Shown here: positions 18,456 through 29,105 of the stretch, in pieces
Numbering within the stretch: position 1 is the first letter of the stretch
Layout: each line of letters opens with the position of its first letter
Assembly: GCA_963932905.1 (NCBI GenBank)
Contig: CAWVRN010000009.1
Coordinates: forward strand, 32,001 to 96,000
Direction: 5' to 3'
DNA: 64,000 nt
DNA from: an uncultured Bdellovibrio sp.
GTDB lineage: Bacteria; Bdellovibrionota; Bdellovibrionia; Bdellovibrionales; Bdellovibrionaceae
Made by a program: the position numbers and the translations under genes
Notes under the pieces: model-generated
Seen by the model: the letters and a program-made list of their open reading frames with translations, nothing else
Databases searched by the model: none
What the model was told of the DNA's origin: nothing

Positions 18456-19289
18456 GTGAGAGCAGAGATAATTTTAGTCGCCTCGGCATTTTTTCATTCA
18501 TCTTGGAATTTTATTTTCAAACGCCTGAATCCCAAGCATTCGGTATTATTACTTGTCGTAACTACGGCGACGTTGACCTCTATTTGTGTCGCGCCCTTCA
18601 CGGGTGGATTAAAAATTGGATCTACTTTGGGGCTTGCATTCACAGTCACCGCGGGATTATTTGAGGCTGGTTATTTCCATTCCTTGAGTCGCACCTATGA
18701 AACAGCCCCGTTTGGAATTTCCTATTCCATCATGAGGGGTGGGGCGATGTTGCTTGTTGCTGTAATTTCAGTTTTATTTCTGAAAGAGCCACTTTCGGGA
18801 CTAAAGCTGGTCGGGATGTTGCTTCTGGTGCTGGGTATTTTTCTAACGCCGTCAAAAGATAAAGATACATTAAGTCGAGCGGGATTATTTTGGGCATTGA
18901 GCTGTTCGTTCTTTATTGCTGGCTATCATATTTTCTACGGCTTAGCGTTGGCGGAAGGGGTCAGCCAAGTCGGGTTATTTGTTCTTTCCATGCTGACGTC
19001 GGTTCCATTTCTGGCGCTGAAATCTCGAGCCGCGGCTTTAAAAGATATGAAGAAAATTGATCCTAAAAATTATCGCTGGATTATCTTTGCTGGGGTCTTG
19101 TCCGGTAGTTCGTTCATACTATTTCTATATGGTTTGAAAAATAGTTATGCGGGCGTGGCGATATCGCTGCGTAATACCTCGATATTATTTTCCCAGGGAT
19201 TTGCGTGGTGGCTGGGTGAGCGTTTGACCAAAGCGCAATGGCTGGGTGTTAGCGCTATCTTTATCGGTGCGTTGCTGATCGGTCAGTAA
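18456..19289 (+). CDS. EamA/DMT family transporter
   Basis: About 10 TM; HSSWN, SYSIMRG, FLKE, LRNTSI, LGE motifs. Confidence 0.88.
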   Translation: MRAEIILVASAFFHSSWNFIFKRLNPKHSVLLLVVTTATLTSICVAPFTGGLKIGSTLGLAFTVTAGLFEAGYFHSLSRTYETAPFGISYSIMRGGAMLLVAVISVLFLKEPLSGLKLVGMLLLVLGIFLTPSKDKDTLSRAGLFWALSCSFFIAGYHIFYGLALAEGVSQVGLFVLSMLTSVPFLALKSRAAALKDMKKIDPKNYRWIIFAGVLSGSSFILFLYGLKNSYAGVAISLRNTSILFSQGFAWWLGERLTKAQWLGVSAIFIGALLIGQ

Positions 19290-19457
19290 AAAAGTATCGA
19301 CGCTGCTAAAAATCGATGACTTTTTCGCAGATTCATTGCCAATAAGAGGCCATGAAAATCGCGCCATTGTTGGTGAGTCCGGTTTCAATATGATTTTTAA
19401 TCTTCTTCAATTTCAGTTGAAGGCATTTTTAAAGGACTATCATCTCAATGAAAAAAA

Positions 19458-19955
19458 TTAACGTCGTAGACCAGACGATCGTGCGGCGACTTTCGATGTG
19501 GCGATTCCAATTTGCTCGCTACCAATTCGACCCGAACACGCACCTGTTGGAAATCCTTTAATCATTTCAGGTGTGTCATAACGACTGCACTCAAATACCA
19601 AACCATTCGTTGCATGAGTTAATTTAAATTGTGACACGATATAATCGCGTTCCGGTGATGGCGGCAGGACCCAGTACATGCTAACGACAGCGTTCCAGCC
19701 ATTTTGAGTCAACGTCATCGATTTCACCGTCGATGTACCCGGCTGCGTCGGGTGCGGCAGTTCAATTTCAACAGCCCATGGCGATCCAAATGCTTGTGGC
19801 AAAGGGCAGTTTTTAGGTTCTAAACACACCGGACGTTTCCATAAATTAATTTGACCCACAAATTTCTCAGCCGAAAACGAAGATAGGGGAAAGGCAGCAA
19901 TAAAAGTAAAAAATAACGATAATATCCAGCGGCGGTTGATATTCTTGTGTTGCAT
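19458..19955 (-). CDS. Secreted hypothetical protein
   Basis: Signal peptide preceded by RR, two Cys pairs. Confidence 0.65.
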   Translation of the reverse strand: MQHKNINRRWILSLFFTFIAAFPLSSFSAEKFVGQINLWKRPVCLEPKNCPLPQAFGSPWAVEIELPHPTQPGTSTVKSMTLTQNGWNAVVSMYWVLPPSPERDYIVSQFKLTHATNGLVFECSRYDTPEMIKGFPTGACSGRIGSEQIGIATSKVAARSSGLRR

Positions 19956-19983
19956 GAGAATCCTAACGAGTTATGCTTTTTTT

Positions 19984-20646
19984 ATGCGTATATCTATCTT
20001 TTTAATTTCGATTTTTCTACTAAAAACAACAGCCTTCGCCGTCCATATCGGTTGTGTAACGATTTACGAGCGATCTTTATGCGAAACGGAACAAACATTT
20101 CAGTATAAATCAGAAGCGCTAAGCTGGGAAATGCCTAAAGAAGAATTTAAAAATAAATTGGTGGCTATGTTAGATAAAGCGCAGCCTGGACACGGGGCAC
20201 GTGTGGGTAACGTGTTCTTGTGGGTCAACGATTTTAATTCACAAAGTGCGATGCGCGTTCAATTTTGGTCGAATGAGCGAAGTTTTATTGTCGATGTACC
20301 GCTGGACATTAATAATTTAGATAAGGAAGAAAGTTTCACGGTTCGTGCGGCGGGACTTGTGCCGTATCCCGTGGATTTTGGTTATACGGTGGGTGAAGTG
20401 ATCATTTCATGTGTGGATGATTGCGGACAGCAACACAAAGACTGGTTAGCCAATGCTGGATTTGCCGAGGTTCAATTGTTGCTTCCAAAAATGTATTTGG
20501 TGACTGTACCGAAATTCACCGAAGCTAAAACGGTTGAAAATTTAAAAACTAAATCTGATTTTAACCGCTTGTTTACATCGTTAGAATTATCCCCTGTATT
20601 AGAAGGTAATGGATCTAGAGAAATGGCGTTTTCGATCTTCTTTTGA
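19984..20646 (+). CDS. Secreted hypothetical protein
   Basis: Signal peptide MRISIFLISIFLLKTTAFA; exact start uncertain. Confidence 0.65.
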   Translation: MRISIFLISIFLLKTTAFAVHIGCVTIYERSLCETEQTFQYKSEALSWEMPKEEFKNKLVAMLDKAQPGHGARVGNVFLWVNDFNSQSAMRVQFWSNERSFIVDVPLDINNLDKEESFTVRAAGLVPYPVDFGYTVGEVIISCVDDCGQQHKDWLANAGFAEVQLLLPKMYLVTVPKFTEAKTVENLKTKSDFNRLFTSLELSPVLEGNGSREMAFSIFF

Positions 20647-20686
20647 TCTATTGACCTTTCTATAGCTGTCAATTATTTTTCTGATC

Positions 20687-22240
20687 ATGAAAAACGATCA
20701 ATCATCCGAATCAAATAAATTATGGTACCGCGCTCTACGTCACGTAGAAGCGGCAGGAAATGCACTTCCGCATCCCGCTCTTCTTTTTTTATATTTAACG
20801 GGATTTGTGCTGCTGTTGTCGGGATTTGTAACGGCGATCGATATGCAAGCAGTTCATCCCGTCAGTAAAGAAACTTTGCTTCCAGTGAATTTACTTTCTG
20901 GTCATGGTCTACGGTATATCTTAACGGACATGGTGAAAAATTTTACGTCGTTTGCACCGCTCGGAACTGTTTTGGTCGCGATGCTTGGCTTTAGTTTAGC
21001 CGAAAAAAGTGGAATGCTGTCCGCACTTCTTCGCCTGCTGGTGCTAAATTCGCCTCGAAAAATGTTAGTCCCCATTATTCTAATGGCCGGGGTTTTATCA
21101 CACACCGGCGGAGACATTGGTTACATTCTGTTAATTCCACTCGCTGCGATGACATTTCATAGTGCGGGATTAAATCCACTCGCGGGTCTGGCGATTTGTT
21201 TTGCCGGTGTATCAGGGGGATTTGCCGCGAATTTACTATTAAGCACTGCAGATCCACTGTTATCCGGGATCTCGCAAGAAGCCGCACGCATTTTAGATAA
21301 ATCGTATATCGTAACACCGTTATCCAATTGGTTTTTTATGTCATCGTCATCATTTTTAATCGTCGGTGTAGGAACATTTATCGCGTATAAAATTACAATT
21401 CCCTTTTTAGGTGACTACCATGGTCCGGTAGAAAAAGCGCCATTAGAAAAATTGTCGACGGCAGAAAAACGCGGATTAAAAGCTGCGGGTATAGTGGCTT
21501 TGGTATTCTTTGCTTTTTTACTGGCGGGACTAGTTCCAGAAAATGGATACTTGCGCGAACCAAAGACTCCGGATCTATTTCATTCGTCAGCTTTGAAAGG
21601 TGTTGTGACATTGATCTTTATTTTAGGTTCAACGACGGGTTTAGCATTTGGTTTTAAAAGTGGAACGTTTACCAAGGTGGAAGACATCGTAAAATCTATG
21701 CAGGAAGCTATGGTTTCGATGGCGCCGTATCTGGTTTTGGTATTCTTTGCTTCGCAATTTATTTCTTTATTTAATTATTCGAATATTGGAATTATTTTAG
21801 CCGTTAAAGGGTCGGAAGTTTTAAAATCGTGGGAACTAGGGACTATACCTTTAATGCTAGGATTTGTTTTATTAACTGTATTCCTAGATCTCGTGATTGG
21901 TTCGGCATCGGCGAAATGGGCGTTGATGGCGCCGGTGTTTGTGCCAATGTTTATGCTGCTGGGAGTTTCGCCAGAATTGTCGCAGACGTCCTACAGAGTT
22001 GCTGATTCGGTTGTGAATATCATTTCGCCGTTGATGACTTATTTTCCAATGATCCTCGCATTTGCTCATAAATATGATTCAAATGCCAAGGTAGGGACAA
22101 TCATTGCGTTGATGTTGCCATATTCGATTGGCTTTTTGATCTTCTGGTCGTTAATGTTATTTGTTTGGATTACGTTTGGAATTCCAGTGGGACCTGGTGC
22201 AGCGCTGGAATATATGCTTCCTGAATCGCAAGCCAAGTAG
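20687..22240 (+). CDS. abgT: AbgT family transporter (p-aminobenzoyl-glutamate / MtrF-YdaH type)
   Basis: GNALPHP, NFTSFAPLG, AGVSGGFAAN, SASAKW, YRVADS, ISPL. Confidence 0.93.
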   Translation: MKNDQSSESNKLWYRALRHVEAAGNALPHPALLFLYLTGFVLLLSGFVTAIDMQAVHPVSKETLLPVNLLSGHGLRYILTDMVKNFTSFAPLGTVLVAMLGFSLAEKSGMLSALLRLLVLNSPRKMLVPIILMAGVLSHTGGDIGYILLIPLAAMTFHSAGLNPLAGLAICFAGVSGGFAANLLLSTADPLLSGISQEAARILDKSYIVTPLSNWFFMSSSSFLIVGVGTFIAYKITIPFLGDYHGPVEKAPLEKLSTAEKRGLKAAGIVALVFFAFLLAGLVPENGYLREPKTPDLFHSSALKGVVTLIFILGSTTGLAFGFKSGTFTKVEDIVKSMQEAMVSMAPYLVLVFFASQFISLFNYSNIGIILAVKGSEVLKSWELGTIPLMLGFVLLTVFLDLVIGSASAKWALMAPVFVPMFMLLGVSPELSQTSYRVADSVVNIISPLMTYFPMILAFAHKYDSNAKVGTIIALMLPYSIGFLIFWSLMLFVWITFGIPVGPGAALEYMLPESQAK

Positions 22241-22330
22241 TGTTGTAGGATTTACCGACCAGAATAACGACATCCAGAAAGGCCAGGTCTTTCGGTATAC
22301 TGCGGGACCCTAAAAGAACCCGGAGGCCCC

Positions 22331-23020
22331 ATGTCTGCTTTTAAAAACATCCTTGTGATGTCGGCATTAATTTTTTCTGTGAACGCATTTTCACAAATCA
22401 AAAATTTTCATGCATTATCAGGTCAAATTTTCCGTAGCGCGGCTCCTACAAAAGATTCAACGTTCTTGAAACAAACAGGATTTACTCACGTTTTAATTTT
22501 TAAAAACGAAGTAAAAGACGAGGTATCAAAAGAAATCGCCGATTTACAAAAGGCAGGAATTCCGGCAGCCAATATTTACCATGTTCCATTTAAATGGAAA
22601 GACATGGGACCAGTTGAAGAATCCTGCGTTCAAGTGGTTCAAGCATTGGACTACTTAGTAAAAATCGAAAAATCGCGTTCACATAAAATTTTATTTCACT
22701 GTACAGCGGGCGAAGACAGAACGGGCGCTTTAGCTGGTTTATATCGTATGCTATACAGCCGCTGGAATATCGATCGCGCTTTCGTAGATGAAATGTGTGC
22801 ACATGGTTATGAAGCGGGCGATAAAAGAAAACCACAACCGGTTGTGAACGAAGTTCGTGAAGAAGTAACACCGGTGTTTTTGGCTGTAGCCGGGTTAATA
22901 ATCGATGGAAAGATTTCGTTTAATAACTTAAACACGGGTGCGTGCCGTGCTGGTGGGCATAAATCAGCTACGTATACGAATCTTCTGGCTGCGCAGAAGA
23001 CTCGTTATACGTGCCGATAA
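22331..23020 (+). CDS. Secreted tyrosine/dual-specificity phosphatase
   Basis: CX5R motif HCTAGEDRTG; signal peptide. Confidence 0.9.
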   Translation: MSAFKNILVMSALIFSVNAFSQIKNFHALSGQIFRSAAPTKDSTFLKQTGFTHVLIFKNEVKDEVSKEIADLQKAGIPAANIYHVPFKWKDMGPVEESCVQVVQALDYLVKIEKSRSHKILFHCTAGEDRTGALAGLYRMLYSRWNIDRAFVDEMCAHGYEAGDKRKPQPVVNEVREEVTPVFLAVAGLIIDGKISFNNLNTGACRAGGHKSATYTNLLAAQKTRYTCR

Positions 23021-23033
23021 TCAGTTATAAGAA

Positions 23034-24509
23034 CTAGAACACTAAATCATTAGCAAACGAACGCATTTCTTGTGTTGTTGAATTGACATTGAAAATACGT
23101 CTTGGTGCGCTGACTTCTTTTTGATCGGCAACCCCTTGGATAGACGCTGCAATGGCAGCTGGTACCGTCATTGATTTAGATTTTTCTGAAGCCATGTAAG
23201 CGCGGTCTGCATTGACAACGCCCGAACTGATGACTTTAGTTTTTAACCAATCTTTTTTATCCACTGTGCCCATCAAAATTTCTTTCATTTGAGCCGGTGT
23301 CAAAGCTGGATTGATATCTTTCATTTTTGCCGCCACACCCGCTACATACGGAGCCGCCATCGAAGTTCCAGACATTGGTAACACCATTTTGTTATCTAAG
23401 CTGGGAACAGAACTCTTAATCGCAACACCTGGCGCCGCCACGTGGACCGTTTTTAAACCATAGTTAGAAAAACTTGCTAAAGACATAACGCCGTTCGAAG
23501 CCGCTACTGTGATACCGTTATCGATAGCAATATTCGCTGGGAACGTAGGGCGTTTATCATTGTCAGAACCATCGTTGCCGGCCGCGATAACAAATAAGGT
23601 TTTAGCTGCAGAACCTAACCATTTTCTTCCAAGAGGTTCGTACTGGGCATTCATACGAGTGACTTCCGCATCCAATTTCAAATTGTAGGGAGCCATCATT
23701 TGAACATTCACTGCGGCTACACATTTTTTGTAAGCGGCTTCGTCACTACCTTTAGGACATTGTTTAGCGGCTTCCGCTGCGATCGCATCCGCAGTCGGTG
23801 GAACTACTTTTTGCAATTGTAATGACATACCCGCTATAGCTGCTAGTTGTACACCCAAACTATAATTAGCCACATCGATTTGTTGTTCATTGATATAAGC
23901 GGCTGCTTTTTCAAATGTACCATTTGTAAGGACTGCTAGTAATTTGTAGGCTAAATCAAGGATACCTTTCTTTTGACCCGGAGCTGCTGCTAGTGGATTT
24001 ACGAAATTGAGTGGCGTATCTGGGAACACGCGGTTCGACATAATTCTAGCATCCGGAGAAACTGATGCGACAATGCCCGATACATGCGTGCTGTGTGCAT
24101 ACTGTCCAAAAAAATTCAATTCGGTGCTTAGTTTTTGCTTTTCAGCGGTTGAAAGACTTGTGATATTTTCTTTCCAAAATTTTTCATCATCTGCAGTTTG
24201 AGCTCCGCTTTGAATGCGTGATAAAACGTCCATGATTTTAAATACTTTTTCTGGCACGTCTGCTACGTGCTGTTTGAAGAAAACTTTGCCGTAATTATCC
24301 GCAAAGTTCCAACCATAGATATCATCCACTTTTCCATTGCGATCATCGTCGACACGATTACCGGCGATTTCTTTAGTGTTGATAAGCGCGCGGCCAGTTA
24401 ACCATTCGTGGGTAAAATCAGTACCTGAATCCGTTACGGCTACGCGAGCTGAAAATGCGTTAAGTCCAACAAGTAGTAATGAGAGTGTTAGTTTATTGCT
24501 TATTTTCAT
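23034..24509 (-). CDS. Secreted S8 subtilisin-like serine protease
   Basis: VAVTDSG (Asp), HSTHVSG (His), AAGNDG, SGTSMAAP (Ser); DDDRNGKVDD Ca-binding loop. Confidence 0.95.
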   Translation of the reverse strand: MKISNKLTLSLLLVGLNAFSARVAVTDSGTDFTHEWLTGRALINTKEIAGNRVDDDRNGKVDDIYGWNFADNYGKVFFKQHVADVPEKVFKIMDVLSRIQSGAQTADDEKFWKENITSLSTAEKQKLSTELNFFGQYAHSTHVSGIVASVSPDARIMSNRVFPDTPLNFVNPLAAAPGQKKGILDLAYKLLAVLTNGTFEKAAAYINEQQIDVANYSLGVQLAAIAGMSLQLQKVVPPTADAIAAEAAKQCPKGSDEAAYKKCVAAVNVQMMAPYNLKLDAEVTRMNAQYEPLGRKWLGSAAKTLFVIAAGNDGSDNDKRPTFPANIAIDNGITVAASNGVMSLASFSNYGLKTVHVAAPGVAIKSSVPSLDNKMVLPMSGTSMAAPYVAGVAAKMKDINPALTPAQMKEILMGTVDKKDWLKTKVISSGVVNADRAYMASEKSKSMTVPAAIAASIQGVADQKEVSAPRRIFNVNSTTQEMRSFANDLVF

Positions 24510-24517
24510 ATGATCTC

Positions 24518-26245
24518 CTAGTTGATTCCTAATAATGATTTATTAGCAGCGATCAACGCGTTTTCAAAATTTAGTGTTTTAGGCATAAATGGATTTAAGT
24601 TTTGAATGTACATCCAGTTAAGCATGCTTTGAGCTTCCACAGTCGCTGTGCCAGCCATTTTGTTTTTGTAAAGCGTATTTTGTAAGTACGCTTCGTCCAC
24701 AACACCAGCGCGCATGAATTTTTTCAATGAGCTGTTAAGCTGGTAAGTGACCGATCTGTTAAGAGGTAAACCAACTACACGCAAAGCCACTGATAATAAC
24801 CAAGTGCCACCACGAACTACAGATACTTCGTAAGGACGTTTGTATCTATGGATTAGGGGAGCTCCCATATTTTTAAACGCCAAATTCTGCTCACTGATCA
24901 ATGAATACAAGCCGTCTTTCACGCCATTTCTATAACAAACAGCAAAGTAGTCATTAACGATTTCTGTTTTGCAGCCTTTTTCTAGAACTAAACGCGAATG
25001 AGTTTTATCCATTAAAACGTCACGTTGTTTATCTAAAGAGTAGCGAACTGATTTGCCGGCTTTCTCGAAGGCTTGCCAGTCAAACTGGGTGCCTTGAGCG
25101 ACCGACATAATGTATGAACTCATCATGTCGCTTTTTTGTCCGTACAAAATATTTAAAGCGCGAGTTTCAAGAAAAGGCAAATCAACAGCACCGACCTGGT
25201 ATGATTTGATATTTTTCAATGTTTGTTCCAAACGATTTGTTTGGTATTCGTACATTACGTCGATTTGTTCAAAGATGTCCTCAACAGCCACTTCAACGAT
25301 AGCGCCGATAGTGCGGTTTGGAATCAGACGGGGTAGTTGAACCAATACGCTGCTTAAAATGCTGCGGAATAATTTTTCAACCATGCCTTTATATTGGGTT
25401 TGGAAATTTACAATTTCAACAGGACCCATCAAAGGTAAGAAATCGCCATCAATAGCAACATCATAAACTTTGTTCAGATCATTCCAGTTAAATTTCACGG
25501 ATTGCAAAACTTTTTGCGGCTGATTCAACACTTGCAAAAAGTACTGTTGAATTTGACTTGATTTTTCTGCTGACAAAGAAGTATCGGCCTCTAAGCTTTG
25601 AATGACATCATTCAATTGGGCTTTAGTTGCCGCCGGTAATTCAAGCGTCGTGTTTGTCTCTAAGTCGGCCAAAGAAAATGAAACAGGTAACCCAACATCT
25701 GTCGATGTCGTCTGTGATCCTGGGACTGCTTTTGGTTTATTTTTAAATTTCAATGTTGAAATGAAACTTGTTCTAGCGGCCATGCGAGCATCAAAACGCG
25801 CGCTGTAGTCGCTGTTTCGAGCTTGAATTGCATTCCAGTCACCATCCAGCGCATTGATGAAATCTTTAGATGCCATTTGTCTGACAGGCATTTGAAACAT
25901 CGAAACAGCTTTTACAACTGCTTTTAAATTTGGAAATGACAAATCGTAGATACGGCAGGGAGCGCCTTGAGCATCGTAGGTCAGTATATATTTATCAGCG
26001 AATGGAACTTTTTTAGCATCCACACATTTTGGCTGACGTGTTTGGCCTTTCTTTAAAAAACTTTGCAGATGTGCCAGTGTTGGCTTAGGCGCTATGTTGA
26101 TTTGCGCTTGTGTTTTTGTTTTCACAGTGCTCATCACACGTTGTTCTAGCTCAAGATCATCTGCCGACAATTGTGTCTGGGCCAACGTTTGGCTTGTGCT
26201 CATCACGCCAGCGATGAATAGTAAAATCCATTTTATTCGAACCAT
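24518..26245 (-). CDS. Large secreted hypothetical protein, likely co-transcribed with the S8 protease
   Basis: Signal peptide from ATG 26245 (GGGGGA RBS); 8-bp gap to the protease gene. Confidence 0.8.
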   Translation of the reverse strand: MVRIKWILLFIAGVMSTSQTLAQTQLSADDLELEQRVMSTVKTKTQAQINIAPKPTLAHLQSFLKKGQTRQPKCVDAKKVPFADKYILTYDAQGAPCRIYDLSFPNLKAVVKAVSMFQMPVRQMASKDFINALDGDWNAIQARNSDYSARFDARMAARTSFISTLKFKNKPKAVPGSQTTSTDVGLPVSFSLADLETNTTLELPAATKAQLNDVIQSLEADTSLSAEKSSQIQQYFLQVLNQPQKVLQSVKFNWNDLNKVYDVAIDGDFLPLMGPVEIVNFQTQYKGMVEKLFRSILSSVLVQLPRLIPNRTIGAIVEVAVEDIFEQIDVMYEYQTNRLEQTLKNIKSYQVGAVDLPFLETRALNILYGQKSDMMSSYIMSVAQGTQFDWQAFEKAGKSVRYSLDKQRDVLMDKTHSRLVLEKGCKTEIVNDYFAVCYRNGVKDGLYSLISEQNLAFKNMGAPLIHRYKRPYEVSVVRGGTWLLSVALRVVGLPLNRSVTYQLNSSLKKFMRAGVVDEAYLQNTLYKNKMAGTATVEAQSMLNWMYIQNLNPFMPKTLNFENALIAANKSLLGIN

Positions 26246-26609
26246 AACTTCCCCCCTTGGAAGATAAAAATAACATGTGAAAAGTGTCATCCAGGACTGC
26301 CAAAATCCCAAGCATTTTAATGGTTTGGCACGAGGTATCGCACTATAACGAGCGCTGATATGAACTATAAGTAAATATTGGAAAATGGTCGAAAAAGGCA
26401 CTCAGGACGTATGTATTGCTTCTACTGTGAAATGATTTCGTAAGGAGAATGCTCATCTTAAAAAATCTGTACAGGAAAGCCGTCCTCGGCGAGAGCTCGT
26501 GACAGAAAGTTACATTAAAAAGGAAGTCTATGCAGAGGGTCCCAATTATTGGCGCAGCGAAAGCAAAACCAGCCAATGCAGCAAGTGAAGTTTGCACACG
26601 GAAGGCGTT

Positions 26610-27098
26610 GTGATAGCGACAAATATAGTGCGGGCATTGCTGCTTAGTTTGTTGTTAGGAGTGGGATGTCTACTGAATGCCTCGCCGTTAACGATACGCG
26701 ATTCAAACTTAAAGGTAAGTTCGCCCGGACATTTGGAGACTGAGATGAAATATTCTAAAATTACAGGAACATTTTTGGATTTCCAAAACGGGCAGAGACT
26801 CGATACTGGAATTTCCTTCTCGAGCCAGAAAATAGATTTCAAACAAAAAGTATTAATCATAAAAACCTACGAGAGTAAAAAAGTTATAGAAACTCATCTA
26901 ATTTTAAAAGGACCAAGGTTCCTCGAGTTCACAAGTCGATTGGATGATCCCGGAATTCCTGTAGTCACAGGTGAGTTCTTTAGCTCTGACTATGAAGATT
27001 GTATTTTGAAGTCAGGTCCGCCTGATAAAAACATCGACATCAACGGGGTCGTAACCAAGATAGATAGGAAGCACGCTACCAGTACATTCTTCCAGTGA
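26610..27098 (+). CDS. Secreted hypothetical protein, probably 3'-truncated at the IS remnant
   Basis: Signal-like N-terminus; its stop codon lies inside the antisense IS3 orfA fragment. Confidence 0.5.
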   Translation: MIATNIVRALLLSLLLGVGCLLNASPLTIRDSNLKVSSPGHLETEMKYSKITGTFLDFQNGQRLDTGISFSSQKIDFKQKVLIIKTYESKKVIETHLILKGPRFLEFTSRLDDPGIPVVTGEFFSSDYEDCILKSGPPDKNIDINGVVTKIDRKHATSTFFQ

Positions 27099-27340
27099 TG
27101 AACTGATCCATGTGATACATTGTAAATTTTTGAGGCTTCTCGGTAACTCATTCCTTGTTCAACCACGTTTTTAGCCATCATCATGTAGTAATCAAGGTTG
27201 TACTTCGGAGCTCTTCCTATCTTCTTGGGTTCTTTAGCTTTTCTTGGATGCAATATTTCCATTTTGGACTCTCTTTCGATAGAACCAAGCGCTGTTCAAT
27301 AAATATGGGCTGTAGTGTCTGACCACAGGGGCGCAGTTTA
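27088..27340 (-). mobile_element. IS3-family (IS150-like) remnant: left inverted repeat plus truncated OrfA
   Basis: Minus-strand end TAAACTGCGCCCCTGTGGTCAGACA resembles IS150-group ends (TGAACTGCACCCC...AGACA). The ORF from 27262 has an OrfA-type HTH (KY...SYREASKIYNVSHGSVHHW) and then loses homology. Confidence 0.75.
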
Positions 27341-27562
27341 TAACCCTAGCTTTTTGTCGGAAGCTGGTTTTGCTATTAGAACTTTCGTGGCCAGATTTTA
27401 ACGGAAATAAGCGCCATAAATTTCGGGCAATCTCCTATTAAATATTGGCCATTATTTCATAAAGTCAGTTTTCTTCAATGCCCGTGTTATTTCCGGAAAA
27501 GTCAGGTCAGCAAAGCTCAGGAATTCTTGATAGCATGGCGAAAATTAGACAGTGGTTTAAAG

Positions 27563-28171
27563 TCAAAACAAACGAACACCCTCATCAAGAGCCTGTATAA
27601 TAATTTTTATATCCGGCTGTTCTCCTGGGGCTATTTGATACCTAGAGCTAAATTCCTTATTAAATTGTAATGGAAACTCTAAAATATTTCCCACAGGGGG
27701 GAATCCTAAGCTGACGCAGGTTTCTTTATGCAGTCTGATAGTTTTTGCCTTTATCGTCTCTTTAATAACCAGAAAGCCAGCGTGAGATAAACTAACCCAT
27801 AAAATTTGATCAGCAATCAGAGAGCGTCCAACACCAAGTTGAGAATCCCATCCTATGGCCATATTTTTAACTCGAATTTCGCCCGTTATTATTAGTACAG
27901 TATACGCGTCGGCTGTATAAAATCCAAACGTGCCATCAACTTCCAGCGAGCCATCCAAAATAAAAACCCCAAAACCTTGGGCGTACATTGAAAAAGATTT
28001 ATCTAATTTTAGATCTCCCTTATGCAAATATATTTTAGGCAATTCACCAAATAGATCTACACCCTGAGGGTCCAAATCTGCTTGTTCGAAATAAAATGCA
28101 ACATCGTATTTCTCTGATTGCTTAGAATCGATTTCTATCCATTGGCATAAAGAGAAAATATCATTCTGCAT
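27563..28171 (-). CDS. Hypothetical protein with bactofilin-like beta-helical repeats
   Basis: HKGDLKL, ILDGSLEVDG, LIITGEIRVKN repeats. Confidence 0.6.
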   Translation of the reverse strand: MQNDIFSLCQWIEIDSKQSEKYDVAFYFEQADLDPQGVDLFGELPKIYLHKGDLKLDKSFSMYAQGFGVFILDGSLEVDGTFGFYTADAYTVLIITGEIRVKNMAIGWDSQLGVGRSLIADQILWVSLSHAGFLVIKETIKAKTIRLHKETCVSLGFPPVGNILEFPLQFNKEFSSRYQIAPGEQPDIKIIIQALDEGVRLF

Positions 28172-28443
28172 GTCACCTACTTCCTCAGCAAATTAAAAAC
28201 TGAGATTTAAATCCGGTCAACTTGGAAACCCTTAAAACGAATTAAAGGTCATCTGAGCTGAACTTTCCTAACCACCCCCAATAAGAAATAACCGCTAGAC
28301 TTTCGAGCCAGCCATTCTATTAAAGAAGTGCCTTATTATTTCAATGACTGTCAGACTAAATGTAAACTACTTGAAGGACGTGTCAGATCGAATTTAAGTT
28401 TGTACATCTAAGCGCTAAAGCTATTATCAATAGCAAATTAAAA

Positions 28444-29025
28444 TTAGTTACAATTCTGTAAGCCGCGCAGACCAAATGTTAGTGATTTAGTAGTATCGGC
28501 ATACGACCAAACTCCACCCGAATATTCGCGAAATCCTTTTCTAAAGACATCGTCGCTTCCGATAGTGTCCACACTGTATTTCATACTGGCATTTGAAATC
28601 TCGATGCTTACAAAATAGCTGCTGCCAAATTCAGACTTGAACTCATAGGTTTCAGGCAATTCAAGCCAGATTATTTGTTTTGATGTATTGGCGACCACAG
28701 GGCCAATATTAAATTTTTTGTCTGGGACACTCGCTTCGCTGAGTGTATCATTGAGACTAGCTTTATAAATAGAAACCGTAAAAAAAGCCGGTGAGCTGCC
28801 GGGAATTTCTGCTTTTATGGCGAACGCGTTCGCTTTTATATCTTTTGTGGTTTGAAAATGTTGGCCGATTTTTCCAGTTCCTAATAGAGTAGAGTCGGTA
28901 CTAGTCTGAGTACTTTCTGCTTGTAGGCTCAGATTAGAAACACATTGGTCTGGGGTGCCCGTTGGTTTTGCGCAGCTTGCACAAAAAAGTACCCATCCAA
29001 ATGTTGCTATAAGAAATTTTATCAT
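28444..29025 (-). CDS. Lipoprotein, beta-sandwich-like
   Basis: Lipobox CASC; GQHF...SYFVSI pattern. Confidence 0.7.
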   Translation of the reverse strand: MIKFLIATFGWVLFCASCAKPTGTPDQCVSNLSLQAESTQTSTDSTLLGTGKIGQHFQTTKDIKANAFAIKAEIPGSSPAFFTVSIYKASLNDTLSEASVPDKKFNIGPVVANTSKQIIWLELPETYEFKSEFGSSYFVSIEISNASMKYSVDTIGSDDVFRKGFREYSGGVWSYADTTKSLTFGLRGLQNCN

Positions 29026-29105
29026 TAGTACATCCTGACCGTGGAATTCGAAGGGCGCAAGAAAATCTCGTTGCTTCAGTATACGCTTTAACCGACAATT
29101 TAGCC

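Noticed and set aside
26326..26343. TGGCACG...TCGCA sigma54-like motif
   Set aside because: The GG-to-GC spacing is 11 rather than 10, and there is no well-placed downstream gene.
26340..26560. Possible second IS3 remnant (RKENAHLKK-like peptide; CTGCGCC...GAC resembling the IS end at 27340)
   Set aside because: Matches are too short and interrupted by stops, and the putative end is in direct rather than inverted orientation to the one at 27340.
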